From: Luteimonas gilva
Lineage (GTDB): Bacteria; Pseudomonadota; Gammaproteobacteria; Xanthomonadales; Xanthomonadaceae
DNA: 64,000 bases
Assembly (NCBI RefSeq): GCF_005239095.1
Contig: NZ_SZUA01000001.1
Location: 909,049-973,048, forward strand
Direction: 5' to 3'
Below the pieces are notes generated by a model, which worked only from the letters and a program-made list of their open reading frames with translations, was not told the DNA's origin and made no database searches. Positions 19,247 to 29,965 of the stretch are shown in pieces (the stretch's first letter is position 1; each line of letters starts with the position of its first letter). The translations under genes were made by a program, and so were the position numbers.

Positions 19247-20389
19247 TTACGCGCCCTTGCGGGCGCGCCATTCCTTCAGCAATTCGGCTTCTTGTTCGCG
19301 CGTGATGCCCGCGCGCAATTTCGCCTGGCGGTCGGCGGGAAGGCTGTGGAACCAGGCCATCAGATCCTTTACCGTCGTGTCGTACGGGCGGAACGTCAGC
19401 CCGGCCGCGATCGCGCGCGCATTGCTGACCGCACCGTAGCCGGCGTACGGGCCGGCGTCGTCGGACACCCAGATCGGCAGCTCGATCTTTTTCTCTTCCA
19501 AGAACTGCGCGCTGACGTGCGTGTACTTCGGTTTGCCGCCGGTGACGCGCTGGCAGCCTTCCAGCATCGACTTCGTGCTCAACGGCTTTTCCGGGCCGAC
19601 GGCATTGAAATTGCCGGTGGTGCCGGCTTCGGCGAGCCGGATCATCCATTCGCCCAAGTCGCGGCCGTCAATGATCTGCACCGGATCGGAGCCGTCGCCC
19701 GGCACCAGCATGTCTCCGCCCTGGGCGACGCGGTGCGGCCAATAGGTGAAGCGATCGGTTTCGTCGCGCGGGCCGACGATGTAGCCGGGACGGACGATGG
19801 TGACGCGCTCGCCGAACTGCTTGCGCGCTTCGGCTTCGCTCAGCGCCTTGAGCGGGCCGTACAGGTTTTCGATATCGGCGCGCAGGTTCTCCTGCGTTTC
19901 GGCCATCGCGTCCTTGCCCTTGTACACGGCGAGCGGCGCGTCCTCGGTGATGCCGGGCTTGCTGCCGTCGGCGTACACCGAAATGGTCGAGATGAAAAGG
20001 TAGTGGCCGACGTTGCCCTTCAGCACCTTGCCCGCGTCGCGCACCCAGAACGGCAAGCTGGTGGGGTTGTCGATGCACACGTCCCATTTGCGGCCTTCCA
20101 GCGATTTCAAATCGCCGGTGTTGCGGTCGCCGTGCAACTGCTCCACTTCGCCCGGCCATTCCGGCGAAGGCCGCTTGCCGCGATTGAACAGCGTGACCTT
20201 GTGGCCGCGGGCCAGCGCGTAGTTCACCTGGAACGGACCGGTGAAGCCGGTGCCGCCCAAGATCAGGATGCTCAGCGGCTTGGCGGCCTTGCCGACGGAT
20301 TTGCCGCCTTGCGCGAAGGCCAACGGCGGCAAGGCGGCCGCGGCGGCGGCCAAGGCGCTGAATTTAAGCAGATCGCGGCGGGTGGTCAT
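19247..20389 (-). CDS. NAD-dependent epimerase/dehydratase (SDR) family protein with Tat signal
   Basis: MTTRRDLLKFSALAAAAAA twin-arginine signal; ILILGGTGFTGP Rossmann motif. Confidence 0.7.
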   Translation of the reverse strand: MTTRRDLLKFSALAAAAAALPPLAFAQGGKSVGKAAKPLSILILGGTGFTGPFQVNYALARGHKVTLFNRGKRPSPEWPGEVEQLHGDRNTGDLKSLEGRKWDVCIDNPTSLPFWVRDAGKVLKGNVGHYLFISTISVYADGSKPGITEDAPLAVYKGKDAMAETQENLRADIENLYGPLKALSEAEARKQFGERVTIVRPGYIVGPRDETDRFTYWPHRVAQGGDMLVPGDGSDPVQIIDGRDLGEWMIRLAEAGTTGNFNAVGPEKPLSTKSMLEGCQRVTGGKPKYTHVSAQFLEEKKIELPIWVSDDAGPYAGYGAVSNARAIAAGLTFRPYDTTVKDLMAWFHSLPADRQAKLRAGITREQEAELLKEWRARKGA

Positions 20390-20488
20390 GCGTGCGGCTC
20401 CCAACGGCTGGAGCCGCACTCTTACACCTTCCTGCCCGGCTCGGCCTATGGCGAAAGTCGGGGGTCGCGGATGGGCGAAGCTGCGATC

Positions 20489-21490
20489 TTAGCCGGCTGC
20501 CGGCATCGGACCGCAGACTTTCGCCGGCCCGTTCGCGGGCATGGCGTGGAATTCGATCAGCAGGCCCAGATCTTGCTGCGTCGGCGCGAGGAAGGCCTCG
20601 CCCAGAGACCCGCGATAACTCGCCAACATCGATTCGTATCCGCGCTCGACGCGTTTCTTCGCGGCAGCGATGTCGGCCACGCCGACGCCGACGCCCAGCA
20701 CCTGCGGCCCGCCGTTGCGCAAAGCGTCGGCCGCGACGCCCGCACCGTCGGGCTGCAAAGCCAGCAGACCCTTGCCGCCCACCGGCACGCAAAACCCGCG
20801 CGCGCCGATCTGCGGCAAATGCACCGGCGTCGCGCCGGCCAGGCCCATGCGTTCCAACTGTTTTCGATCGGCTTCGGCATCGGCCGAAAGCAGCCAGATC
20901 GCCGACACTTCGCGCGCGCCGTTGGGATGCTCGTCGGGTCGGATGCGCGGCACCAAGTCGGGCGCGTAATCGATGTAGAACAGATTGCTCGACAACGGCG
21001 GCTTCTCGAAAGCGAACAAACGCCAGCGCGGCGGATGCGACGGACCCGCGCCGTCGGGATCGTTGGGCGAAGCGTTGAAGATGTCGGTCGCCGCATAGCC
21101 CTGCGCTTTCAGGAAATCGCGCGCTTGTTCGAGCGCGGACGAACGCAATCCGAACGTGCGCACGCCCGGCCCGCCTTTCAGCGAAGCCTGGTCGGCCTGC
21201 ATGCCCGGATCCATATCCGCATCCGGCCGCGCGATGGCCAGCAGTTCGATATAGCTGCGGTCGGTCATGCGCACGTAGCGATTGGGCACGCCGCCGGGAT
21301 TGCGCCCCGGCCTGACCTGGAATCCGAGCTTAGCCGCCAGGATGCCCGTCGTCTGGTCGATATCTCGCCCCCACAACAGCACATGGTCGATGGCGTTCGT
21401 GCCTGCGGTGGGTTCAGCAGTGACGGCGGCAACGGTGGGCGGCATGAAGCACAAGGCCGCGATGAGGGATGACAGAACGAGCGATCGCAC
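20489..21490 (-). CDS. Secreted VOC/glyoxalase-like domain protein
   Basis: Signal-peptide-like N-terminus (GTG start); AIDHVLLWGRD and later repeats resemble tandem glyoxalase-like domains. Confidence 0.45.
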   Translation of the reverse strand: MRSLVLSSLIAALCFMPPTVAAVTAEPTAGTNAIDHVLLWGRDIDQTTGILAAKLGFQVRPGRNPGGVPNRYVRMTDRSYIELLAIARPDADMDPGMQADQASLKGGPGVRTFGLRSSALEQARDFLKAQGYAATDIFNASPNDPDGAGPSHPPRWRLFAFEKPPLSSNLFYIDYAPDLVPRIRPDEHPNGAREVSAIWLLSADAEADRKQLERMGLAGATPVHLPQIGARGFCVPVGGKGLLALQPDGAGVAADALRNGGPQVLGVGVGVADIAAAKKRVERGYESMLASYRGSLGEAFLAPTQQDLGLLIEFHAMPANGPAKVCGPMPAAG

Positions 21491-21617
21491 CGTGCGTACT
21501 CCATGGTATCGGCGAGAGGGAAGTTGCGGACCCTAACGTTCCAGGCTCTCGCGCCGGAGGCAATGACCTCGCAGGTCATGGATGCCGGAAAGACGCCGAT
21601 CCGGCGTCCCGGGCTCG

Positions 21618-22511
21618 CTACGGCTTGGGCAAGCCCTTCTTCTCGAACCAATGGTGCGCGTAGGGATTGTCGTTATAGCGCGGTATCTCGCGGTAGCCGT
21701 TGCGCAGGTACAGGGCCTGCGCTTCTTTCAGCGCGCGGTTGGTATCCAGTTGTAGCGTGTTCAAACCCATGCCGGCGGCCTGATGCTCCAACGCATCCAG
21801 CAAACGCTGGGCGATGCCCAGGCCGCGCGCGGCCGGCGCCACCCACATGCGCTTGATTTCGCCGAGCTTGCGTCCGCGCACCTTCAAAGCGCCGCAGCCG
21901 ACGGCTTGCCCGTCCAGCCGCGCGATTACGAAAATTCCCGCGGGCGGCACCAGCTCTTCCGGATCGGCCGACACCGTGCGCGACGGATCGAAGCCCGCGT
22001 CGAAACGTACCTGCAATTCCCGGAAGTAGGCGTCGAGGCAAGCGCGCGCTTCCGCGCCGGCGGGATCGGCGGGTTCGACCGTCACCGCGGACGCGCGCAT
22101 CAAGCGTTCCACTTCCGCCATCGCGGCGAGCATACGTTCGCGCTGCTTGTCGCTCAGCGCGCTCAACAGCGATTCGGCGAAATCCTGCGAATGCTTGTCG
22201 AGCGCATCGAACTCGCGCAAGCCCTTCTTGGTCAAGGCGGCGCGCCGTACCCGGGCATCGCCGGCCGCGCGTTGCGACGTCACGAGCCCCTGCCCCTCCA
22301 GCGAACGCAGCAAGCGGCTCAGATAGCCGGAGTCCAGCGACAGACGCTCGCGCAGATCGCGCAGGTCGGCGCCTTCGCGGCCGATTTCGAACAACAGCCG
22401 CGACTCGCTCAGCGGCCGGCCGCGGCCCAGGTAATCGTCGGTCAGCACCCCGATCCGGCGGGTGACGGTGCGGTTGAAGCGTCGGACCTGCTGGATTTGG
22501 GTTTCGTCCAT
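21618..22511 (-). CDS. MarR family transcriptional regulator fused to GNAT acetyltransferase
   Basis: N-terminal MarR HTH (LSLDSGYLSRLLRSLEGQGLV) and C-terminal GNAT (RMWVAPAARGLGIAQRLL). Confidence 0.75.
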   Translation of the reverse strand: MDETQIQQVRRFNRTVTRRIGVLTDDYLGRGRPLSESRLLFEIGREGADLRDLRERLSLDSGYLSRLLRSLEGQGLVTSQRAAGDARVRRAALTKKGLREFDALDKHSQDFAESLLSALSDKQRERMLAAMAEVERLMRASAVTVEPADPAGAEARACLDAYFRELQVRFDAGFDPSRTVSADPEELVPPAGIFVIARLDGQAVGCGALKVRGRKLGEIKRMWVAPAARGLGIAQRLLDALEHQAAGMGLNTLQLDTNRALKEAQALYLRNGYREIPRYNDNPYAHHWFEKKGLPKP

Positions 22512-22578
22512 TATCTGACTTTAGTCAGATAATTGAGCGGAGTCAATCTCCTCCGACCGACGGCCACTGGCCGGCACC

Positions 22579-23364
22579 TCAGGACATCGATTCCACTTCG
22601 GAAGAAACCACATGCCAGCCGGCCGCGTCGTGCCGCATGACGGCCACACAGGTGGCGGCGCAGAGCGAACCGCACCAATAGCCGTAACGCACTTCGAAAG
22701 TTCCGTCGGCGCGCCGCGCAGGCAAACCGATATTTACCGAAGCATTCTCGCCGACATGCTTGTTGCCGGCGGGCGGTATCCATTGGCTGCCCGGTAAGAT
22801 CCGGATGCGCAAATCCCGCAACGAGCGGATGGCATCGCTCGATAGATCGAGAGATTCGCGAGCGTCGGGCCAGTGCATCGACACATATATGGACGCCAGG
22901 TTCCCGCCGCTCAGGAAACCGCCGGGCTTGGCCTGGTAACGGATCAAAGCCGCCATTGCGCCCTGCAGATCCGGCGGCGGATTTCTCGCCGCTTCCGCCA
23001 ACGCCTTGCGCCTGCCGCGCTCGGCTTCGAGCAGGGCGCTCGCGTCCCCGCTGGCCACGCAACCGTCTTGCGCCGGCGCATGGGCGCAGATTGCTCCGCT
23101 GATTTCGCTGATCGATACGACCAGCCGCCGTGGCGCCTTGCCTTCGCCGCGGTCGATTTCGACGCGCCATTCGCGCCGGGTTTCGTCGAAATCCGCGCCG
23201 CCGGCGCCGTAATCGTCCCGTCCGAACTTGGAATTCAATGCCTCGAAGGCCAACGTCATGGCCTTCAAGTGATCCAACAGCGGCCGGCCGGTCTGCGAAA
23301 GAACGGCACCGGGAACGAATGCAAGCGCTGCGGCCATCCCTATGCTTCGTGCAGCCTTTCGCAT
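22579..23364 (-). CDS. Hypothetical secreted protein
   Basis: Signal peptide; no recognisable domain. Confidence 0.45.
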   Translation of the reverse strand: MRKAARSIGMAAALAFVPGAVLSQTGRPLLDHLKAMTLAFEALNSKFGRDDYGAGGADFDETRREWRVEIDRGEGKAPRRLVVSISEISGAICAHAPAQDGCVASGDASALLEAERGRRKALAEAARNPPPDLQGAMAALIRYQAKPGGFLSGGNLASIYVSMHWPDARESLDLSSDAIRSLRDLRIRILPGSQWIPPAGNKHVGENASVNIGLPARRADGTFEVRYGYWCGSLCAATCVAVMRHDAAGWHVVSSEVESMS

Positions 23365-23404
23365 GACCAGACTCCTTGTCGCCGGTGGCCGAAGATCGAG
23401 ATTT

Positions 23405-23881
23405 TCAGTCCTCGGAAGCGGGCGCCAATCTATCGTGGGTTTCCGGAACGACCATCACCGCGGCCGAGCCGTACCAGCGGTGGTATTCGGCCACCATCTC
23501 GCCTTCGACGATCGCCGGATCGGTCGCGGTCAAGCGCTTGGCTTCCTCGATGTCGGACACCGCGAACACGAACAAGCCGCGCCAGCCGTCCGGGTCTTCG
23601 CCGAACGGGCCGGCCACGGCCAGTTTGCCCTCTTTCGCCAGCCGCTCCATGTTCGCGAAATGCCCGGCGAACATCGCCTTGCGCTCGGGCCCGTCCGGCA
23701 CGCGCTTGGGCCCGGTCTTCAGGATCACCAGCACGTATTGGCGCATCCCGTTCTTGTCGGCGCCCAGGCGCTTGGCCAGTGCCGCGTCGTAGGGAGGTTT
23801 GGCCGGCGCGCCCTGCGCCGGCGCCGTTTGCGGAAACAGAACCAGAGCGGACAGCAGGGCGGCGAAGACCAGGCCTTTCAT
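23405..23881 (-). CDS. Secreted YciI-like protein
   Basis: Signal peptide plus YVLVILKTGPKR...AGPFGE YciI-like core. Confidence 0.6.
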   Translation of the reverse strand: MKGLVFAALLSALVLFPQTAPAQGAPAKPPYDAALAKRLGADKNGMRQYVLVILKTGPKRVPDGPERKAMFAGHFANMERLAKEGKLAVAGPFGEDPDGWRGLFVFAVSDIEEAKRLTATDPAIVEGEMVAEYHRWYGSAAVMVVPETHDRLAPASED

Positions 23882-24057
23882 GGGAGGCTCCGAAACGTCG
23901 GTCGGAACCGCATCATCCGCTTTCGGTGGCGGCTTTCAAGCGGTGCGCCCGTCATCGGCTTGCATGCACGTCAGTGCGAAAACGGAATCTCCGCCGGAAC
24001 GCTTTTCAACTATCGTAGCCCTCCGCACATCCAAGATTCTTCCCCAAGGAAACGTCG

Positions 24058-24825
24058 ATGACCGGACCCCTCGCCGCCTGCCGCCTCGCGATCGGCCTGC
24101 TCGCCGCTTGCGCCATATCGGACGCGCACGCCACCTGGTCGATCGTCGCCGCCAATCCGCGCACCGGCACCATCGCCGTCGCCGCGGCTTCCTGCTCGGG
24201 CGGGGTTTACGGGATCCAAACCGTGCTGCCGGGCAAGGGCGCGGCGATCGTGCAGGCCGCGAGCAATAACGACGCGCGGGAAGCGGCCGTCGAAATGCTG
24301 CGGGACGGCACGCCTTTGGACGCCATCCTCGCCAAGATCTCGGACCCCGCCTCCGGCTACGCCCCGGAACGCCAGCAATACGCCCTGCTCTCTCTCGCCG
24401 CCGGCGCGCGCCCGCTCACTTACACCGGCGCGGCCGCGCCCGGCGCGAAAGGCAGCGTCGTCGGCGATCGCTTCAGCGTGCAGGCCAACACCATGGCGTC
24501 CGATGCGGTGGTCGCGAAGACGGCGGCCGCCTTGGGCCGGGCCGAGTGGCCGGACGACCTGGCCATGGCCCGCGCCGTGATGCGCGCGATGGAAGCCGGT
24601 GCGGCCGCCGGCGGCGACCGGCGTTGCGGCAAGGCCGATAGCAACACGGCCTTCATCGGCCTCTATCGCAAAACCGATGGACAGGATGCGCCTTGGGTGG
24701 AATTGGCGATCAACGGCATCGCGCCGGGCGCCGAGAGCGGCGTGGCGCGTTTGCGGACTTTGTTCCAAACCTGGTTGCGCACCGGGACCATGATCGGGAG
24801 TACGCGGACTTTCGTGGTGCCGTGA
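24058..24825 (+). CDS. DUF1028 (Ntn-hydrolase-like) family protein
   Basis: Signal peptide then TWSIVAANPRTG, the hallmark DUF1028 N-terminus. Confidence 0.65.
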   Translation: MTGPLAACRLAIGLLAACAISDAHATWSIVAANPRTGTIAVAAASCSGGVYGIQTVLPGKGAAIVQAASNNDAREAAVEMLRDGTPLDAILAKISDPASGYAPERQQYALLSLAAGARPLTYTGAAAPGAKGSVVGDRFSVQANTMASDAVVAKTAAALGRAEWPDDLAMARAVMRAMEAGAAAGGDRRCGKADSNTAFIGLYRKTDGQDAPWVELAINGIAPGAESGVARLRTLFQTWLRTGTMIGSTRTFVVP

Positions 24826-24854
24826 ATTCCCGCCGAAAGCGTTCGCCTTACGGT

Positions 24855-26938
24855 CTAGGGGGTTTCGATGCTCAAATCGTCCAGATAGAACGACACGCCC
24901 GCGCTGCCGGATCCGACCATCGTCACCAGCACCGTGCCCGTGCCCGCCGGCGCCGTCACCGACGCGGTCGCCTGCTGCCAAACGGCGCCCGACACAGGCA
25001 ACGGCACTACATCGGTCTGCAAAACGCCACCGCTGTCGTCGCGCCATTCCAGCACCAAGCGCGGATTGTTGGGCAACCCTACGCCCGCCCGCGCCCATAC
25101 GTTGACCGCCTTGGGACCGGGCGATGCGATATAGCCGGGATAGTTGGCCACTTCCACGCCCCAGTTGCCGCCCTCCAGGTCCATGCGCAAGCTGCGGCTG
25201 CCGCCGTGCGCCTGTTCCGCGCTGCGCGAGACCGCTACGCCGTACCAGGGATTCCATAGGCCGATGCCGTTCTCGAGCGTGGCCGTGTCCGCGTCGACCA
25301 GATTGCCGGTCGGGCCGGGATCGCTTCCCCCTTGATCGCTGGTGCTGCCCATATCCTGCAGATAGGGCGCGGCCTGCCAAGCGGCGAAACCGATGCGTTC
25401 GCCCCAGCGTTTGGCGAACTTCCATGGGCCGTAATAGTGGTTGCCGGAGAACTTGTTTCCGGCATCGAACATGACTTCGTCCTGGATGCCCGCAACCGTG
25501 TACGGCGACCAGGGTAAATTGTCGGCGCCGGTGGCGATCAGCGCCTGCACACCGCAGTAGTCGGCGCCGGCGCAGGGAACGACATCCGGATCGAAATAGA
25601 ATTCGTTCGCGGTGACCTCGATGTTGCGCGAATGCCAGCGGCAATCGGTACGGTACGGCTCGCTGGAGACCTGCGTGTAGCAGGGATGGCTGGCGTTGAT
25701 CGGATCGACGTAATCGTAATCGTGCGGCCCGGGGATAAGGGTGGGATGCACGAATGGCGTGCAATAGCCCTTGCTGGTGTTGCCGTTGGAGTTGCAGAAG
25801 CGGTTAGCGTTCTCGTAGATCGACACGCCGGAGAAATTGTTCTCGAAATAATTGTCGTAAATGCGGATTTTGGCGGCGCCGGAAACGGCGCTCGCCAAAC
25901 GCGCATCGCCGCCCGATTCGGACAGGTAGATCGCCGGCGCCGCGATCCCTGGTTGCGTTGGCCCTTCACCCAGGCGTTGTTGATCAGCGTGTTGCCGCGG
26001 ATGGTGGCGTTGTAGCTGATCTCGTACCAGATGCCTTCGTCGTCGTTGTCGGCGATGTAGTTGCCTTCGAACAAGAAATCGATGTTGTTGGTGTCGGCCC
26101 ACAAGCCGACGCTCTTGTTGTCGTGCACCCAGTTGTTAGTGACCTTCGCGCCCTGCACGTCCCAGAACTTGCCGCCGCCGGTGCAGCCGCAGCCCGGCTC
26201 GCGGGTTTCCCAGTCGTCCGTGTTGTTGCCGGCGATCTCGTTGCGGTCCAGCACGATGTTCTTGATCGCCGAATCGCCCTCCACCGGCATCTTGAACATG
26301 CTGAAGCCGTATTGGCCGTTGTCCTTCAGGCAGTTGTAGCGCACCACGTTGCCGCTGCCCAGGAAGACGCCGGCGCCGTCGTTGTCGGAGACCGTGTTGT
26401 ACTCCATGAGCCAGCCGTCGCCGGCGTCGTGGTTGACCACGCCCTCGTTGTTGTTGTCCAGGCCGCGGCCGAAATTGCGGATCGTCAGGTAGCGGATCGT
26501 GACGTTGGTCGCCGTGCCGGTGAAAGCGTAGAGATTCAGGTTGCGCCCGTCGATCACCGCGCCCGGCGCGCCGACATAGATGGCATTGTCGCGGGCGATG
26601 ATCTGGCCGTAGACGTCCTCGCCCAGCGTGTGCGTGCCCGGCGCGAACCAAAACGTGGCTCCGGGACGATTGAAGTCGAACCCGGCGTTACTGCCGGCGG
26701 GCACGATCACCGCGCCTTCGGGCGGCGTTTCGGGCCCGCTGAGCAAGGCGGCGTTTCCGCAGATCCGCGCCGGCGGTTCGGACGGCCACTGCAGGACGGC
26801 TTCTGTCGACCGCACCGCGCCCTGGCGCGGCGCGGCGCTGGGCGAGACTATCCCCGCAACTAAAACGAAGAACGAAACACCCAAGATCTTGGCCGCTTTG
26901 GCGATACGCGAAAGCGGCAGGCGCTGATAATCGATCAC
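24855..26938 (-). pseudogene. Right-handed parallel beta-helix repeat protein, disrupted by a +/-1 frameshift near 25950-25975
   Basis: ORF 25538-26938 carries a signal anchor and beta-helix repeats. It continues only in another frame (ORF 24855-26102) from ...IAAPAIYLSESGG. The switch falls at AACCAGGGATCGCGGCGCC. Confidence 0.5.
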
Positions 26939-27121
26939 TCCGGATCCCCTTTAGTCGAACATCGGGACCGCGGTTTCGGGCCCCTCCTTGGCCCGGGCAC
27001 TCTGCACCAACGCCGCCATAAAAAAACGGCGATCCGATCACGATCCGATAAAAATCACGCGTGGGAAGAGCCAATCGCTCAACCGATGCATCGTCGCGAT
27101 CGCAGAAAAACTAAATTGGTT

Positions 27122-28042
27122 CTAACGGTCCTCAAGCACGAAATCGATCGCCGCCCGCACCGCCGCCACCTGCGCCGCGTTGCATTGCTCGGGCGTGGCA
27201 CGCGGACTGTCCGGATAGACCTCGGTCGTCGTCTTGTACGGCGCATTCGTGATGCTGGGGCACAGGCCGAGCTGCTCCAGCGGATAGTTGATGATGCCGG
27301 GCGCCACGACAGGCGAACCGATGATCTCGCCCTTGGCGTCGGCCGGCGCAATATGCGTGACCTGCTCTACCGCGGCGATGATCGCCCGCTGGAATTCCGG
27401 CTGCGGGTTTTCCGTATCGCCGACCAGATAGAAACCGTCGGGAATGACGCCGGGCTCGAACGGCTTGCCGTCGCGGGCAGCCAGCGCCGGCCGGAATTCG
27501 GATTCGTCGGTGTCGGTGGTTTCGTGCAGATCGATGTGCATCGCGATGCGATCGCGCAGCGGCGCGACCAGGCGCATCAGCGCGGCGGATTCCTGCGCCG
27601 GGCTGTTTTCGCGGAACGAGCGGTTCGGGTCGATGGCGTCCGGATTCCAGCGCAGGATGTGCTCGTACGCCCAGGGGCTGACGCAGGGCGCGATCAGCAG
27701 GTTCGCGCGCCCAACATAATCGGACGCGTGCCGGTCGACGAACCGCAAGGCGCCATGCACGCCGCTGGTTTCGTACCCGTGCACGCCGCCGGTGACCAGC
27801 ATGGTCGGAAGCGTGTCGTTCCAGTCGCGGCTTTTGATCGCGAACAGCGGAAAAGAGCCCGAGGCGTATTCCAAGCGGCCGTATTCGGCGACGTCGAAAC
27901 GCGAGCGCAAGCCGTCGACGGCGGCGAGCACGTCGGAGGCGTAGCTGCGTTGGCGCTTTTGCCGGGCGAGCCATTCGGCCTTGTCGGCGGCGTTCCAAGC
28001 CTGCCCCGGAGTGCCGATGGGATAAAACGCTGGATTCGTCAT
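27122..28042 (-). CDS. M14 family zinc carboxypeptidase (succinylglutamate desuccinylase/aspartoacylase-like)
   Basis: GGVHGYETSG and IDLHETT zinc-ligand motifs. Confidence 0.65.
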   Translation of the reverse strand: MTNPAFYPIGTPGQAWNAADKAEWLARQKRQRSYASDVLAAVDGLRSRFDVAEYGRLEYASGSFPLFAIKSRDWNDTLPTMLVTGGVHGYETSGVHGALRFVDRHASDYVGRANLLIAPCVSPWAYEHILRWNPDAIDPNRSFRENSPAQESAALMRLVAPLRDRIAMHIDLHETTDTDESEFRPALAARDGKPFEPGVIPDGFYLVGDTENPQPEFQRAIIAAVEQVTHIAPADAKGEIIGSPVVAPGIINYPLEQLGLCPSITNAPYKTTTEVYPDSPRATPEQCNAAQVAAVRAAIDFVLEDR

Positions 28043-28135
28043 CTTGCCGCTTCGACTTCGTTGGAAAGCCGCACTTTAACATCGCGGCCGCGGCGGCGAC
28101 CCCTCTCCCGCTTGCGGGAGAGGGGTTAAAACAAA

Positions 28136-28165
28136 AGGCGCCCATTCGGGCGCCTTTGCCGACAG
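28136..28165 (-). terminator. Rho-independent terminator for the small secreted-protein gene
   Basis: AAAGGCGCCCATTCGGGCGCCTTTG hairpin followed on the minus strand by a TTTTGTTTT tract. Confidence 0.55.
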
Positions 28166-28183
28166 GAGAATCGGCTTCGATCT

Positions 28184-28429
28184 TCAGGGCACTTCGCAAG
28201 TCCAGATCGAAGACGCGGACCAGTAATTGTTCCGGCTGACGTGGTTGTACACCTCTTCGATCGGCGTTCCCGCTTGCGCCTGGCATTTGGCGACGGCGTC
28301 GGCGCGGGCGTTCTCCAGGGCGATGCCGGGGTCGTAACTCGTCGCGCTGCCGCTGACGTACACCACGGCCGCCAGGGCCGAGCCGATGGGCAACAGGAGC
28401 GCTAGCGCTACGGCGAACTGCTTTTTCAT
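28184..28429 (-). CDS. Small secreted protein (signal peptide, two Cys)
   Basis: MKKQFAVALALLLPIGSALA...; terminator immediately downstream. Confidence 0.45.
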   Translation of the reverse strand: MKKQFAVALALLLPIGSALAAVVYVSGSATSYDPGIALENARADAVAKCQAQAGTPIEEVYNHVSRNNYWSASSIWTCEVP

Positions 28430-28588
28430 GATCCTCTCCGATGGGGTCGAACGATTCATTCGACCATGCGATGGGGAGGCGACCGTGAAAATCGGGTAAG
28501 CGGCGCGTGAAACTGTGATCGGCGGCCGTCGCGAGCACGCTTAGCTTCGGGCCAGCGCGGATTACATCGCGTTACATCGGGCGCGCGC

Positions 28589-29209
28589 TTATTTCTTAAG
28601 GATATGAATCCGCGTTTTCGCGTTGGCCAAGGCTTTTTCTTCTTGAGCGGAAGAATCTTCGGGAGCCGCCACGCGTTCGGCGTAGATGACCATGAGCTCC
28701 TTGCGCTGCGCTTTGTCCGGCAAGTGGACCCAGCGTACGAATGCCATGTCCGCAGGCAAGGTCAACTTGTTCTCGGCGATGAGCCGCTCGACCTGTTCGA
28801 GATCGGAGTCCGCAGGCGCCGCGTCCTTGCGGTTGCGGGTCCAGGTGTCCAGATGGATGTCCAGGCCGCCGAGTTCCATCTTGCGCGACTTGTCGTAACC
28901 GCCGGCATGGCTCAGCTCCGGCCGGCTGTCGATGTAACCTTCCGACTGCACCCAATACAGCCGGGTCACGACACCGTCGGCGTCCCTTTCGGCGAACAGG
29001 TGCAGATCGCAATCGGCGTAGCCGTACAGCACCCAGCGCTTGTTGCCGAGATAGAGCGCGTCTTTGGGTACGGAGACGACGGCAGGCGGCTCGAACGAAC
29101 GCACTTCATGCCCTTTCGTCTCCAGCCGCGGTTCGACGGCGAGCGCCGAGAGCGGGAGGAATGCGATCAGCGCGGCTCCCGCCAGCGACTTCCATTTCGT
29201 AGCGAACAT
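28589..29209 (-). CDS. Hypothetical secreted protein
   Basis: Signal peptide MFATKWKSLAGAALIAFLPLSALA. Confidence 0.45.
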   Translation of the reverse strand: MFATKWKSLAGAALIAFLPLSALAVEPRLETKGHEVRSFEPPAVVSVPKDALYLGNKRWVLYGYADCDLHLFAERDADGVVTRLYWVQSEGYIDSRPELSHAGGYDKSRKMELGGLDIHLDTWTRNRKDAAPADSDLEQVERLIAENKLTLPADMAFVRWVHLPDKAQRKELMVIYAERVAAPEDSSAQEEKALANAKTRIHILKK

Positions 29210-29318
29210 GGCCGGGCCTCTTGCGTGATGTACGGCCAGACCATAAACGCGCGCCGTCGGACGGCCATGTGGCGTCGGTCATGTAAACCATATCGCCGTT
29301 CGACGTATCGCCACAGGT

Positions 29319-29427
29319 TTGTAGGGCGGGCTTCAGCCCGCCGTTTACCGGTCTTTGCGAGTAGCGTCACGAAGGATGCGACAAGTCCGCAGGGCCATGC
29401 ATTCGGCGGGCTGAAGCCCGCCCTACG
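29319..29427. repeat. REP/MITE-like element, family B (TGTAGGGCGGGCTTCAGCCCGCC ... GGCGGGCTGAAGCCCGCCCTACG)
   Basis: Inverted termini. Further copies at about 41342-41425 (inside icmF, in frame) and 60212-60294. Related GTAGGGCGGAACCGCC variants at 31193-31285 and 32802-32870. Confidence 0.75.
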
Positions 29428-29446
29428 TTCGCTTGTTTTTTGCGGG

Positions 29447-29929
29447 TCAGCGGATGCGCGTGAAATAGTTCGTGCGCATCACCGGTTTGCCGTCCTGCCC
29501 GAAATAGGCGACGGTTTCGACCATCGTCTTGCCGCTGCCGGAGACGGCATAGATGCGCGTCGACGCGGGAACGCCGCCTTTGGCGAGCTGCATGACCAAC
29601 ACGTCCGGCGTGGGCATCTTCACGGCGGAGAGGTCGGCTTCCAGATTGCCTTCGACCGGCGTCGGCGTGCCGTCGAGCGGAACGACGCCTTCCGCGTGGG
29701 TCTTGCCGCCCTTGGCGTCGACGATCTCGACTTGGGTCGACCACTTGTCCGCGCTCGCGTAACCGAACGTGATAGTGACGCTCTTGGGCCGGGCTTCGGG
29801 CGGCATCGGCAAGCGCGACACGTCCACGGCCCAGGCGCCGACCAAGGGCGACGGCTTGACAGATTTCGCAGGCGACGGCGAGCCGCTCAGCACTGCCAGG
29901 GCCAGCAAAATAGCGAACGGCGCTTTCAC
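29447..29929 (-). CDS. Hypothetical secreted protein
   Basis: GTG start, signal peptide KAPFAILLALAVLSGSPSPA. Confidence 0.45.
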   Translation of the reverse strand: MKAPFAILLALAVLSGSPSPAKSVKPSPLVGAWAVDVSRLPMPPEARPKSVTITFGYASADKWSTQVEIVDAKGGKTHAEGVVPLDGTPTPVEGNLEADLSAVKMPTPDVLVMQLAKGGVPASTRIYAVSGSGKTMVETVAYFGQDGKPVMRTNYFTRIR

Positions 29930-29965
29930 GACGACCTCCTCGAGCGATGGCTTGTGCGATGCAGC

